From: an uncultured bacterium
GTDB lineage: Bacteria; Patescibacteriota; Gracilibacteria; Absconditabacterales; Absconditicoccaceae
Length of the DNA stretch: 64,000 nt
Assembly: GCA_947168725.1 (NCBI GenBank)
Contig: CAMVNA010000004.1
Span: 10,110-74,109, forward strand
Direction of reading: 5' to 3'
In this document: piece after piece, positions 24,948 to 36,394 of the stretch
Numbering within the stretch: position 1 is the stretch's first letter
Layout: each line of letters starts with the position of its first letter
Translations under genes and position numbers: made by a program
Notes under the pieces: model-generated
What the model saw: only the letters and a program-made list of their open reading frames with translations
What the model was told of the DNA's origin: nothing
Databases searched by the model: none

Positions 24948-26234
24948 TTATTTATCAGAAAATCTTGGAATTAGTAGAGAATTATCTTTCAAAGTTAAGT
25001 GGTCAATTCACTGTAAAATAAACGATACTAATGTTGTGGCATAACTTCCAGTAGGTAAAAAGAACTGCAATTTGATATCATCATTATCCCATTCAAATTT
25101 CAAATCTGGGACTTTGATAAACAGCACTCTTCTCACTCACCACAAATTATATATTTTACAAACCTGTTGCATTCATTCATCAAATTCAGCTAAATTAAGT
25201 AACTGATTATCACGAATACGAGCTTTGGTTCACTCAAATGGTAACAACAAATTCCATCATAACATTGGTCAGGTTGGGAATCGTTTATTCTCATCATATT
25301 GTTCAACATCAAACTGTCATTCTGAGGCTTTAGCCGAAGCCCCGCCAACGGGGTAAAAATCTTGTGCATTAACCTCTCCCTCCCAACTAGTCGAGATTCC
25401 CTCTCCTATTAGGAGAGGGTTAGGGTGAGGTTCAGGTTCAAAAAAATTCAAATCAGATTTTTCTTTTTTTAATTTTTGGTAATCAAATGGATAAATTTTC
25501 TGAGAATCATAAACCGCAGTTTTCACTCAATTTGAATTAAATCTATCCACCAAAATATCTCATTGCAAGAGAAATAGTCACTTCTCCCAGCGGTTTAGTA
25601 CATATTCATTAAAATACATACTCGGATATGCCTGCAGAAGGAACCTCAAATGATATGGTAAATCTGATTCTTTTAATTTTCATTTTTCATTAAATTCTTC
25701 TGCCAACTGTTTCAAACGGTCTTTTGCTTCATAAAAGTTCTTCTTTCATTTTCCAAATCTTTGCATTCCAAAGCAATTTGGAAATCATTTATCAATTATT
25801 TTTTGCACATTATTTTCAATCTGACTTTTTATTTCTTTTGAAATATTTTGCCTAGCACGCAAACGAATTTCAAATTTATTTCACAGATTACTAGCCACTT
25901 TTAGTCAAAATTCATTATAAGTCTTTTCTAAAATTCTGACTTTTTTTCATAGAGTTTGGATAAATAGCTCTTCTCATCATATCTTATTTAAAGAACGCTG
26001 TGAAATAGAAATCCATTGTCTTGTAATTCACGCTTTATCTTTAAGTCATGCTATTCCAATTTCATCACGCTGCAGATGAAAATTCTTAGTCAAATCATCC
26101 ACAATATCCATCGTAGTCAAATTTTCTTTTTCAAAAAAAACATATAAGAAATCTCATTTTCACGATGGAACTCATTCTCACAAAACTTCTTCTACAACGA
26201 AATCTTTTGGTTTAGATTTAATCTGAAATAGCAT
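24948..26234 (-). CDS. truD: tRNA pseudouridine13 synthase TruD, carrying an in-frame GC-rich insertion
   Basis: IGIAGLKDKAGITRQW and FPNCFGMQRFG are TruD signatures. The 428-aa code-25 ORF includes track ORF 25317..25526. Confidence 0.85.
25323..25436. repeat. GC-rich palindromic repeat element, copy 1 (inside truD)
   Basis: Three hairpins: ggctt/aagcc, ccccg/cgggg, and a perfect 9-bp palindrome CCCTCTCCT-att-AGGAGAGGG at 25399-25419. These are followed by TTAGGGTGAGGTT. The GC content contrasts sharply with the host gene. It is related to the element at 43478-43538. Confidence 0.7.
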
Positions 26235-26243
26235 AACTTTGTT

Positions 26244-26852
26244 TTAATTAAAACTTTTTATATTCTCAATTAATTCAGAAAATTCTTCCATAATCATATG
26301 ACCTCTATCCTCAAAAACTTCAAATTTTGCATTAGGTAAAAATTCGTGCAATCTTTCTCACTGAGAAAATGGTACACAAAAATCATCTTTTGAATGATAC
26401 AAAAATATTTTATCACAGATTTTTTCAATTTCTGAAATCTTTTGAATATCAAAAGCAAAATCTCAAATACATGATTCTTCTGGTGGTAAATCCTTATTAT
26501 CAATTAAAGCTGATACTAAATGTAATTGTTTAATCTTTTTTGGAAATCAGTTTTCAACCAGATATTTCAAAATAAATATAGTTCATAAAGAATGTGCAAT
26601 AATAATCTGACTACCATTTAAATATTCGAAAGTCTTTTCAAACTGTATTTTCCATTCTTTATACAATGCAATGTTTTTATTTGGCATATCAAGTAAAGCC
26701 ACTTGATAATCTTCTCATAGTTCTTTTTGTAAACTATCTTTCCATTTTTTCTTTACTTCAAATGGATCATAATCCCACTTTTTTAATTCTTCTTGAAAAG
26801 CTTCACGACTAGGATAAGCATTTCATCATCATATAAACAATACTTGCTGCAT
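26244..26852 (-). CDS. serine hydrolase, YdeN/RBBP9-like alpha/beta fold
   Basis: VLFIGGGNAYPS...IIIAHSLGTIFILKYL...LYHSKDDFCVPFSQGERL...EDRGHM. Confidence 0.6.
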
Positions 26853-26882
26853 TTTCACATTTCAAAACGATAAAAAATCTGA

Positions 26883-27581
26883 TTATCAAATAATTCAATA
26901 TTTAAAACTTATATCATCTCACTCCTTTCTGAAAAATGTTCATTCTTTATCTAAATCAATTTTTGATAATTCATACTCTCCTACTCTAATTCTCCTAAGC
27001 ATTGTAAGAATTCATCCAAGTCAAAACTGTTCTCAAAGTCGATGTCAAATTGATCTAATATAAGTTCATGACCCTACATCTAATCTTAATCTCAACTCAA
27101 GAAAGTTATAATCCAAAACTTCATATCAATACGTTTTCATCAATCTATTCTCAACTATTTGTTCTCATTTTCTAGCCAAATCGTAAAGTTTTTTTCAATC
27201 TTTTTTCTTTGCACTAAACGGAGTGAGAGGTAATTCATATTCTGGGATAATCAAATCTAATTTTGATTTAATTTCTTCTAATGGAATTTCTTTTCATTCC
27301 ACATTTATCTCCTCATAATAATCTCGATATCACATATCCCACGTATCAGAATTTTTGGAAAAATCTATTACGGTTTCATAGCTTTTATCAAGTCATATTA
27401 AACCATTTAATCTTTTTGTATCATTTCAAGTTCATATTAACATTAACCCACTTGCTAATGGATCTAATGTTCAACTATGTCAGATTTTTTTCTCTCATAA
27501 TTCTCTTTTGAGTACACGAATTACATCAAAACTACTTATTCATTTGGGTTTATCAACAATTATCAACATTAAACATCACAT
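26883..27581 (-). CDS. truB: tRNA pseudouridine55 synthase TruB
   Basis: VDKPKGISSFDVIRVLKR..KIGHSGTLDPLASGLMLIGTG..TKRL...DKSYETVIDFSKNSDTWD...GSGTYIRSIGHRLG. The start could be ATG 27581 or ATG 27569. Confidence 0.9.
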
Positions 27582-27722
27582 CAAAATTTAAAAATCTGAC
27601 TTATTGATATTTTTTTCCTACGTTTTAACAAGAAAACTTTACACCAAAGTTCTCTTGCAATATAAAGAATTATTTATAACCTGAATTATATAAAAAGTAT
27701 TTATTTCTTACAAAAACCAAAA

Positions 27723-28190
27723 ATGGAATATTATTATGACTACGGTACATCTAGCTATGGATGAATCATCTGATTAGCACTATTCATACGAGCAATTGTA
27801 TGCATGTGGAAGATTTTCAAAAAAGCTGGAAGAAAATGACGAGAATCCCTCATCCCAATCCGAAACATTTGGGTATTATTCAAAATTTCAGATCATAAAA
27901 AATGGTTTCGATGATTGTTTATAGTACCATTAGCATGGATTATTGTTTCTATAATTTTCCGATTATTATGAACTACATGAACTTGAGAATCGTTAATCGT
28001 AATCAAAAATGCTATAAACTGGATTTTAGGTATGTGCGCTATATTATTACCACTAATTGCCACTATACTTCTTTGCTTATGATTATCAAAAAAATTCGGT
28101 AAACATTGGGCATTTTGCTTATGATTATTATTTCTAAACCCTATTTTTTATGGAATTTTAGCATTTGACGATTCAAAATACAACTCATAA
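27723..28190 (+). CDS. small polytopic membrane protein (DUF5684-like)
   Basis: WKIFKKAGRKGRESLIPIRNIWVLFKISDHKKW is the typical motif of that family. Confidence 0.5.
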
Positions 28191-28226
28191 TATGAGTTAA
28201 ATACAAGCCACCTTCTAAAAAAAGTC

Positions 28227-28883
28227 TTACTCAACTTCTGAGTGAGATTTTTTCAATATTTTACTTGTAGCTCACACCGTACCCATAGAAATTACAAAAG
28301 ATATCGCATCAGAAACAGGAACATCAGTCTCCACAAAATCTCTAGGATTCAACATAACTAAATACCCATTTGCTGGATTTGGTGTCGTTGGTATAAATAC
28401 AGAAACCAAATTTGTTTCTCATATAGCACTTTCAAAACTGTCTAATTCTTCTCATGTCAAAAATCAAACAGACCATGTTTTTTCTGTTGGGAACCTTGTG
28501 AGAACAACTTTTTTAAATGAATTTGTATTTTGTAAAGTATTCGCAGCTTGATTTGTAATCTTAGTTAAAGAACTTAACAAAGGAACTTTTTCAATCAACG
28601 GATCTAAAAAAGCCTTCACCCTCTCTCAAACACGTCACTGATTCATAACAAATCATAACAACCAGATTAAACCACATAAAACCAAAAATCATAAAAAATG
28701 TACCACAATTTCAGGTAATCATAATTTATCCATCATAACATTAGGGAACAATTCTACAATTTTTCAAACCCGTTTTAATATCAACGAAATCAACCACCAA
28801 AGAATCACAAAAAACAAAACTGTCGGTAAAATCAACAATAATCACGTCAAAAAATGTTTTTTTTTCACTGTTTTATCCCCCAT
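28227..28883 (-). CDS. DUF502 family membrane protein
   Basis: Two N-terminal TM segments followed by VFIPTTPNPANGYLVMLNPRDFVETDVPVSDAISFVISMG. Confidence 0.65.
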
Positions 28884-29127
28884 CAATATGCAAAAAGTCT
28901 CATTTACTAAACAATTTTCATGAATTTATATATAACATTATAAACAAAAAAAACAACTAAAAACAAAAGATTCTCTCACAACAAATAGTTTATATCAACA
29001 AAAGTCAACATTATATATAATAATATCAAATATGTATACAAAATAAACATAAAAATCTTTTGAAAAAAACAATAATATTTCTACTATAAACAGGTAAATT
29101 TAAATTTTATTTATTTCTCAAAATTTC

Positions 29128-31158
29128 ATGAAAAAATCTTCAATTTTTTTAGGAGCGATATCCCTGCTCAGCATCATTTTATTATGAAATTTTATTAATG
29201 CTGAATATCAACTTCAAATAGATGAAAAAGATAATGAAGTTTATCTCACATCATGAGATAACAAAATAACATTAGAAAACGCTGAAAAAGCTTTATCCTG
29301 AGATGTAAATTCTGGATCTACTTTAACTATTTCTATAACATCTCCTAACAGTCAAACTAACACATGAAGCGAAATTAACTCGTGAGATACAACATGAACA
29401 TGAGAAATAAACACATGAACAGTAGTCTGAACATGAACTGAAACAAATACTTGATCAACCACTTCAACATGAACTGAAACGACCCGCACATTATGAGAAA
29501 ATATAAATGCAGAATTGTTAACATGAGATGAATTCGATAAAGCCTTATACTGGATGTACAAAAATTGACTAACAAAATATGATAACGCTGAAGAATTCCG
29601 TCCATATGACAAGCTTACAAGAGAAGAATCTGCAAAAATGATTGGTCAACTTTACAGTGTTCTATGATTCCCTAAAGAAGACAAATGATTCAATTGTAGT
29701 TTTGTAGATACAAACATGTTTGATCCAACTCTATCTGAACATATTTATAACGTTTGTAGGCGATGAATATTCAGATGAAACGATAAAACTCATCAATATA
29801 TGCCTCATGATAATTTAACGAAAGGTCAGCTTTTAGCTGTTCTCTTGAGAATTTTTGAATGAAAAATGTCTAATGAATCCGGGCAACCTCGATGGATTGA
29901 ATATTATGTTAAAGCACTCGCACTGTCAATGACAAACGAAATCAATTTAGCAAAATTTGATCAACCTGTTTCTAGACGGGAAGCATCCCTATTGATATTC
30001 AGGTTTAAAAGCATGGTTATTGACGAGGAACAATACAAGTTATATTTAGCTCGTTTGAACAACTTAGAATGAGATAACGAAAGTTATTTAAAACAAATAG
30101 AAGAACTAAAATCTAAATGGGAAGAATCAAAAATTTCAAACGAATCTGATTCAAATTCAGACAATTCCAATCCTGATTCTAATGAAATCATTTCTGGTAC
30201 ATGAGATAATACATGAACAAGCTGAAATAATGTAAGCTTAGCCATAATTGCATGAAATGAAACATTAACTGACAGTTCTGAATTCATGGAATCATTAAAT
30301 TGGATGTATGATAACGGTATGACTTCCTATAATACAACTGAATCATTCATGCCATACCAAACTATAACACGTGCACAAGTTGCAAAAATGCTTGATAAAT
30401 TTGCCACAGCAACAAACTTAACAACTGTAAGAAATCAATGAAATTGCGAATTTAGCGATGTCGATCCTCAATCTGAATTTAAAGATTCCATCACTAGAGT
30501 TTGTCAATACGGAGTAATGGCTGGATCTAATGATAAATTCTCTCCTGATCAAGTAGTAACAAAAGCTGAATTTATAGCAATGCTAATCAGACTCTTTGAT
30601 TGAGTTAAATTAAACGAAAGCGTAAATCCTCGACGAACTGAATACTACAAAAGAGCGATTGAAATCTGACTTATATCAGCACAAGATACAGTTTCATTTA
30701 CTGATGAAATCGCCAGATATGATGTAGCCACATACTTATACAGGTTAAAAGTTAGACTTACAATGTACAACAACTTGAATTCAACTCAGCTCTCTGATGA
30801 AATAGTAAAAACACTTTCAGAAACAGTAACAACTTGAGATGACTGAAAAATAAATGTAAAAGTTTATGTAGATATACTCGCATTAAATAATTCTGCATTT
30901 ACAGACGGTTACATAGAACTTCTTGACGAAAGATATAAAGTAACTAGATCAGAACTAAATAGTTATAATGTAGGTACAAACAGTTTTGTACGATATGGAA
31001 AACTATATAATATAGAAACTGATGAACAAATCTGAAGTATTTCATTTATACTCACTAATTGAACTTTAGTTGAATGATCTATACGCGCTAATAAAGTTTC
31101 TTACTACCTAGAAAAAGATCCAAACACTACAACATACTATAACCTAACTCAAAAATAA
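29128..31158 (+). CDS. S-layer-homology (SLH) domain surface protein
   Basis: A signal peptide, then a Thr/Gly repeat block encoded largely by ACA-TGA (29361-29490), then at least three SLH-like units (e.g. CEFSDVDPQSEFKDSITRVCQYGVMAGSNDKFSPDQVVTKAEFIAMLIRLF). Includes track ORF 29866..30072. Confidence 0.7.
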
Positions 31159-32381
31159 TGATAAAACTAATTTGAAAAAAAGACAATCAATGGAAAAAAT
31201 TATTTCCTGTTTTTAGCAGACGTCCAGAATTAGTTTATCTAGATAATGCTGCATCGACCCAAAAACCCAAAACTGTAATAGATTGAATTTCAGATTTCTT
31301 AGAAAATGATTATGCAAATATTCATCGCGGATTGTACTCACTATCCGAAAAATCTGAAGAATTATACTACCAGTCAAAATACAAACTTGCTGAATTGATT
31401 AACTGTAAACCAAGTGAAATAATATATTCTTATAATTCCACATATTGCATAAATTTACTTGCACAAGCACTAGTAAATAGTTGAAGACTCTGAAAATGAG
31501 ATAAAGTTTTGCTATGAAATCGAGAACATCATTCAAATATATTACCATGGCAAACTTTGTCCAAAATATTTTGATTTAAAATAGAATTTATAAATGAAGA
31601 TAAAAATTATAATATCGACCGAAAAGACTTTGACAAAAAGTTTGATAAAAAAGTTAAAATCATATCATTATCTCACGTATCAAATGTTACATGACAGATA
31701 ATGGAAATAGAAAAAATTAGAAACAAAATCTGAGAAGATGTATTTTTCATTGTTGATGGATCTCAATCAGTTCCTCATATACCAGTTGATATTGAACAAA
31801 TTCAATGTGATTCTCTAATCATGACTGGACATAAAATGATGGCCTGCACATGACTCTGAATGATGTATCTAAAATACGAATGGATTAAGAATTTGAATCC
31901 TCTCATCCTGTGATGATGAACCGTAAAAGATGTAAGTATTGATGATTTTTCACTACAAAACAATGCAGATAAACGAGAAGCCTGAACCCCTAACATAGTT
32001 TGAGCAGTTAGTCTTTTAAAAGCATTAGAAACCATCGAACAACTATGATGAATAGAGAAAATTCAAGAACATGAAAAAATACTTATTAAACAATTATGCG
32101 AGTGATTCCAAAAAAGAAAAAATGAAATAAATTTGATATGAAGCTACGAAAGTGATAATCGTATATGAACATTTTCGTTCACTGTAAGTAACGAAAAAAA
32201 TTTTAATAAGATATGAGATATTTTTGGCAAAAATAATATATGTATCCGTACATGATGACATTGTGCATATCCTTTACATAAATCACTAAATATTTGATGA
32301 AGTGCTAGGGTTAGTACATACATATACAATACAAAAAAGGATATTGAAAAATTTTTCAATATCCTAGATAAAATTATCTAA
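31158..32381 (+). CDS. sufS: cysteine desulfurase (SufS/Csd, class V aminotransferase)
   Basis: VYLDNAASTQKP, LIMTGHKMMACTGLGMMY (PLP lysine) and IRTGGHCAYPL (catalytic Cys). The ATG overlaps the stop of the preceding gene (TAATG). Confidence 0.8.
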
Positions 32382-32418
32382 CCTATAACCATTAAAATTT
32401 CAAAAAGTCTGATTTTTT

Positions 32419-32447
32419 TTGATTTTTTTGATAATTATATGTATAAT
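32419..32447 (+). promoter_or_regulatory. sigma70-type promoter (TTGATT-N17-TATAAT)
   Basis: The track ATG at 32439 lies inside this promoter, so the ATG at 32484 is preferred as the start. Confidence 0.5.
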
Positions 32448-32483
32448 CATTATAGTTTTTTAATTAATATCAAATTTTTATTA

Positions 32484-33875
32484 ATGGATAATATAGAACT
32501 ACTCAAATTAGAAGCAGATGAAATCAAAAAGTCATTAAATGAATTAAAAAATAATATTTCTATTTCTGAAGATGATAAAAGAAATAAAGCAAATCTACTA
32601 AATAGACGAGCGGAAAAAACAAAACAAAAAATTCAAAAAGAAATAGATTCTTTAACTGACAAAACAGATGAAGAATCGAAGAAGAAAAAAGAAGAAGCTG
32701 AAGCTCTTTTAAATAGTTTTAATGATATCACTGCCTTATATAATTCTATCATAAATCCTTCCTCAAACCCATGAACTCATGATTCAAGAACTCAAAGTTC
32801 TGAGCAAACACCAACTGAAAATAAAAACATATTTACAACAGCTACAGATTGGATAAAGACCCAACGAAACAATATATTAGATACAAAAAAACGAAAAGAA
32901 GAGTGACGAGAGAATTGATTTCGTTTAGCATGATTTGCAGCAACATGAATATGAGCACTTGGTCTAGCATATAAATGAGCAAAAAGCTTACGGAATTGGG
33001 CTTTTTGAAGTGATAAGAAAAAAGAAAAAACAGAATCTAAAAAAAAGAAAAAGAAATTTGGTGACAAATGGTATGGTAAGTTACTAAAATGGGCTGGAAT
33101 CACAACAGCAGCATGAGGATGAATTTATTTTTTAGGTAAGCATTTTAATTTATGGTGAAGTACAGACAATAATACAGACAATAATACAGAAAACCAACCA
33201 GCACAACAACAAGATAAAACTACAGAAAACTCTGAAGAAAAATCGAATGAAACAAAAGACTCAAAAGAGAGTTTTCAACCAACATCAGACAAAATATCAA
33301 ATGAAATGTTTGAGCAACTATTAAAAATGGAAGGAAAACACAAACAAGGCAACAACACCCTCGTCGCAAAAACTGGTAAACAATTTTGAGAAAAATTTCC
33401 TACATGACCTTTTGGTATGGTCTATAAACATATAGACAACGAAGGAAACTTACTTAAAAAAGCTATTCCTTTCAAAGAATGAGAAGAGGTAACAGAAGAA
33501 TGGGGAAGAAAAAATGCAAAAGCCTGCTATGACAAAAGAGCCAAAGAAATAAAGGAGGCATTCGATAATAAATGATACAAGTTATCACAAGATCAACTTG
33601 ATGCTCTTACATCTACATGCGGAGGAACATCTAAATCAAGAAAAAATTGTTTAAATTTTGTCCTGGAAAATTGGAACAATCAAAAAAAAGTCGTTGACTA
33701 CATCAGTACTCATTCCACTACTGCAGCATGAAATCATCAAGTTCAGCCTGGACTAGTTTACCGTAGAAAATTCGAAGCTGACTGGTTCGTATGAAACAAA
33801 ATGACTTTTGCAGAACATAGATCAATGCAAAAAAAATGAAAAAACACAAATCCTAATTACAGTCATTTAGCATAA
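32484..33875 (+). CDS. modular envelope protein 1: coiled-coil N-module + two Gly/Ala-rich TM segments + GH24 (phage/T4-type) lysozyme-like C-domain
   Basis: 463 aa. N-module MDNIELLKLEADEIKKSLNELK...ALYNSIINP. TM segments LAGFAATGIGALGLAY and WAGITTAAGGGIYFLG. The C-domain reads LLKMEGKHKQ...PFGMVYKH...QPGLVYRRKFEADWF, with the GLxxRRxxE..F ending typical of GH24 lysozymes. Confidence 0.7.
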
Positions 33876-33917
33876 ATAAATCAATCCATACAACTAATAT
33901 CAAAATATTTACAATAA

Positions 33918-34613
33918 TTATTTTCAAAAATTCTGACTCTCTAAACTATCATTCCACCGCTCAATAGCTTTTTCAAACTCCTGAACCGTAAACTGAGGAC
34001 AATACAAATCTGTAAAATAAAGCTGAGCATATCAAATTCGCCAAAGCATAAAACCTGACAACCTTTTGGCCAATTTTTGCTTTGTCCTAATAACCAAATC
34101 AACCGTTGGCAATCATCAAAAATCCATATACTTCTCTAAATTTTCTTTATTAATTTTTTCTCAAGAATCGTTTAATTTTTTCATTGCTCTCAAGATTTCA
34201 TCCTGTCATCCATAATTCACAGCTAAAACAAATATTCTCGAACTTTCTAAAAATTTAAATTCAGATTCTTTTTCCTCTAAAAAGTTTACCAAATGAGTCG
34301 GCAAACCAGATTTATCTCATGCTACACGAAAATTAACATGATTTTTACGCATCATATCATACAAATTTTCAGTAATCCTTTTATACAAATTAAAAAGATA
34401 ATTTAATTCCATTTTAGTTCTATTTTTTAAATTTTCCGTACTTAATCACCATAAAGTAAACACTTCAATAGTAGTATTTTCAAAAATATGAACAGCAAGT
34501 TCAATACATCTCTGAAAACCTTCTAAATGTCATTCCAAACTAGCCTTTCATAATTCTTTTGCCCAAGTTCTATTTCCATCAGGAATTAACGCTACATGTT
34601 TTGGATATTGCAT
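33918..34613 (-). CDS. uppS: undecaprenyl diphosphate synthase (isoprenyl transferase)
   Basis: HVALIPDGNRTWAKE...FTLWGLSTENLKNR...AVNYGGQDEI...DLVIRTKQKLAKRLSGFMLW. Confidence 0.9.
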
Positions 34614-34742
34614 TCAAAAAAACTAATATAAAACAAAGAAAATATATCAAATCAGATTATTTATTCAAGAATAGTATTTACACCAATAAATGATTTAATT
34701 CTCTTCCAATAAAAGAACTTTCAAAAAAAGTACCCCCTATTT

Positions 34743-34770
34743 TTGCATTTTTTTTAATTATGGATATAAT
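34743..34770 (+). promoter_or_regulatory. sigma70-type promoter (TTGCAT-N16-TATAAT)
   Basis: ttTTGCATtttttttaattatggaTATAAT lies 33 nt upstream of the ATG at 34803. Confidence 0.55.
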
Positions 34771-34802
34771 TGATTTGAATTGTTTAATTTCATAAAAATG
34801 AT

Positions 34803-36359
34803 ATGAACGATAATATTGACCTCTTAAAAACAGAGGTAGATAAAATCAAAAAATCATTAAATGAACTAAAAGATAATATCACTTTTTCTGAAACAGAAAA
34901 AAAAGACCAAGCTGAAATTCTAAACAAACAAGCAGAAGTAACAAAACAAAAAATTCAGAAAGAAATAGATTTTTTAGCGAACAAAACGGATGAAGAATCA
35001 AAAAGAAAAAAGGAAGAAGCTGAAGCTCTTTTAATTAGTTGTAATGATATCACCGCCCTATATAATTCTATCATAAATCCTTCTACAAGCTCAACAACTC
35101 AAAGTCCCAGTCAATCACCCACTGAGAGCACAAACATATTTACAAAAGCAAAAGATTGGATAAAAAACCAACGAAACAGCATCCTAGACAGGGGAAAGTG
35201 GAAAACAGAATGATGAAAAAATTTATTACGTGCAGCATGAGGTGCAACTTCACTTGTTCTGTTATATAAATGAGCTAAGAAATTATGGAATTGGGCATTT
35301 TGAGACAATGAGAAAGAAGATAACAACGAAAATTACGAAAGTAAAGAAAACACGAGTGAAAACGATGAAGAAAAAACAGAAGTAAGAACAAATGAAGAAA
35401 CAAATGAAGAAGAAAATAACAATAATGACAATTATGCGGAAACAACTGAAGGCAATACTAAAGAAGAAAAGAAAGAAAGCATCTGGAGTAAACTGTGGTG
35501 AAAAGCTTTAGCTTGGTTATGAATTGCACCTGCTGCTTGAACCGCTGCTGCCGCCTGAGCTGCTACCGCCTGAGCTACTGATAAAGAATCAGATTCATGA
35601 ACAAGCGAAGATGTGGGAAAAGATGAAAGTACATCTAATGAACCTGATAAAGAAAATAGTTCTGATCCTTCTACTAATACAAATGAACCTGAAAATAGTC
35701 CCGATAAAAAAGAATCCAACGAGAACACCACAAAAAAAGATACAAAAAATTCAACTAATTCTAATGAATCTAAAGAAGTAGATAAAGGAAAAAATACTTA
35801 TACTAATCCCATAAGTGGATTAACTTATAAACGTATTGATCAAGTTACAGACCCAGCAGGAAAATTGAGATACTCATGAAAAAGAAGTGGTAAAACTGTA
35901 GCCAATATTTGATGTTTACTAGCTTCTGGATGTACTGTAACCTCTGCTCTCTGCCCAGAAGTAACCTTAACAGATTGTTTTAATAATGTTAGACATTGGA
36001 CCGCCGATAAAGCTGTTGCAAAAATGTCGAACAATAAATGGAAATCGGAAGCTCTTTTATCATGAGAACATGGAAACAGAACAAAGACACAAGAACAAAA
36101 AGCAAAAGAAAAAATAATAGAAAACTTAAAAAAATGATATCCTGCTGTCATCGGTGCCAGACATTCAGGTATTGATGGAATAAATAACAGTATAGTATCA
36201 CAACATTACCGTGCTATTTTAGGTATAAGAACTGAAAATGGGAAGAATGAATTCTTCGTTTGAAATACTTATAAAAATGGATCATGAGGATGGATGGATG
36301 AAGATAAAATATTTAAAAACATGATACACGCTTCTATATTTACTCCAAATCAAGCATAA
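34803..36359 (+). CDS. modular envelope protein 2: same N-module + Gly/Ala-rich TM segments + acidic/Ser-Asn linker + C39-like (papain-fold) Cys peptidase C-domain
   Basis: 518 aa. The N-module is about 75-90 percent identical at DNA level to gene 32484. TM segments GGATSLVLLY and ALAWLGIAPAAGTAAAAGAATAGA. The C-domain has SGCTVTSALC (candidate Cys nucleophile) and SQHYRAILGIR (candidate His). Confidence 0.7.
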
Positions 36360-36394
36360 TAAATAATTTATTTTAATTTTTAATAAAAAATATT

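Noticed and set aside
32439-32483. The track's upstream ATG at 32439 as the start of modular protein 1.
   Set aside because: That ATG lies inside the predicted TTGATT-N17-TATAAT promoter, so it would probably not be transcribed. The paralogue at 34803 starts at the equivalent of the ATG at 32484.
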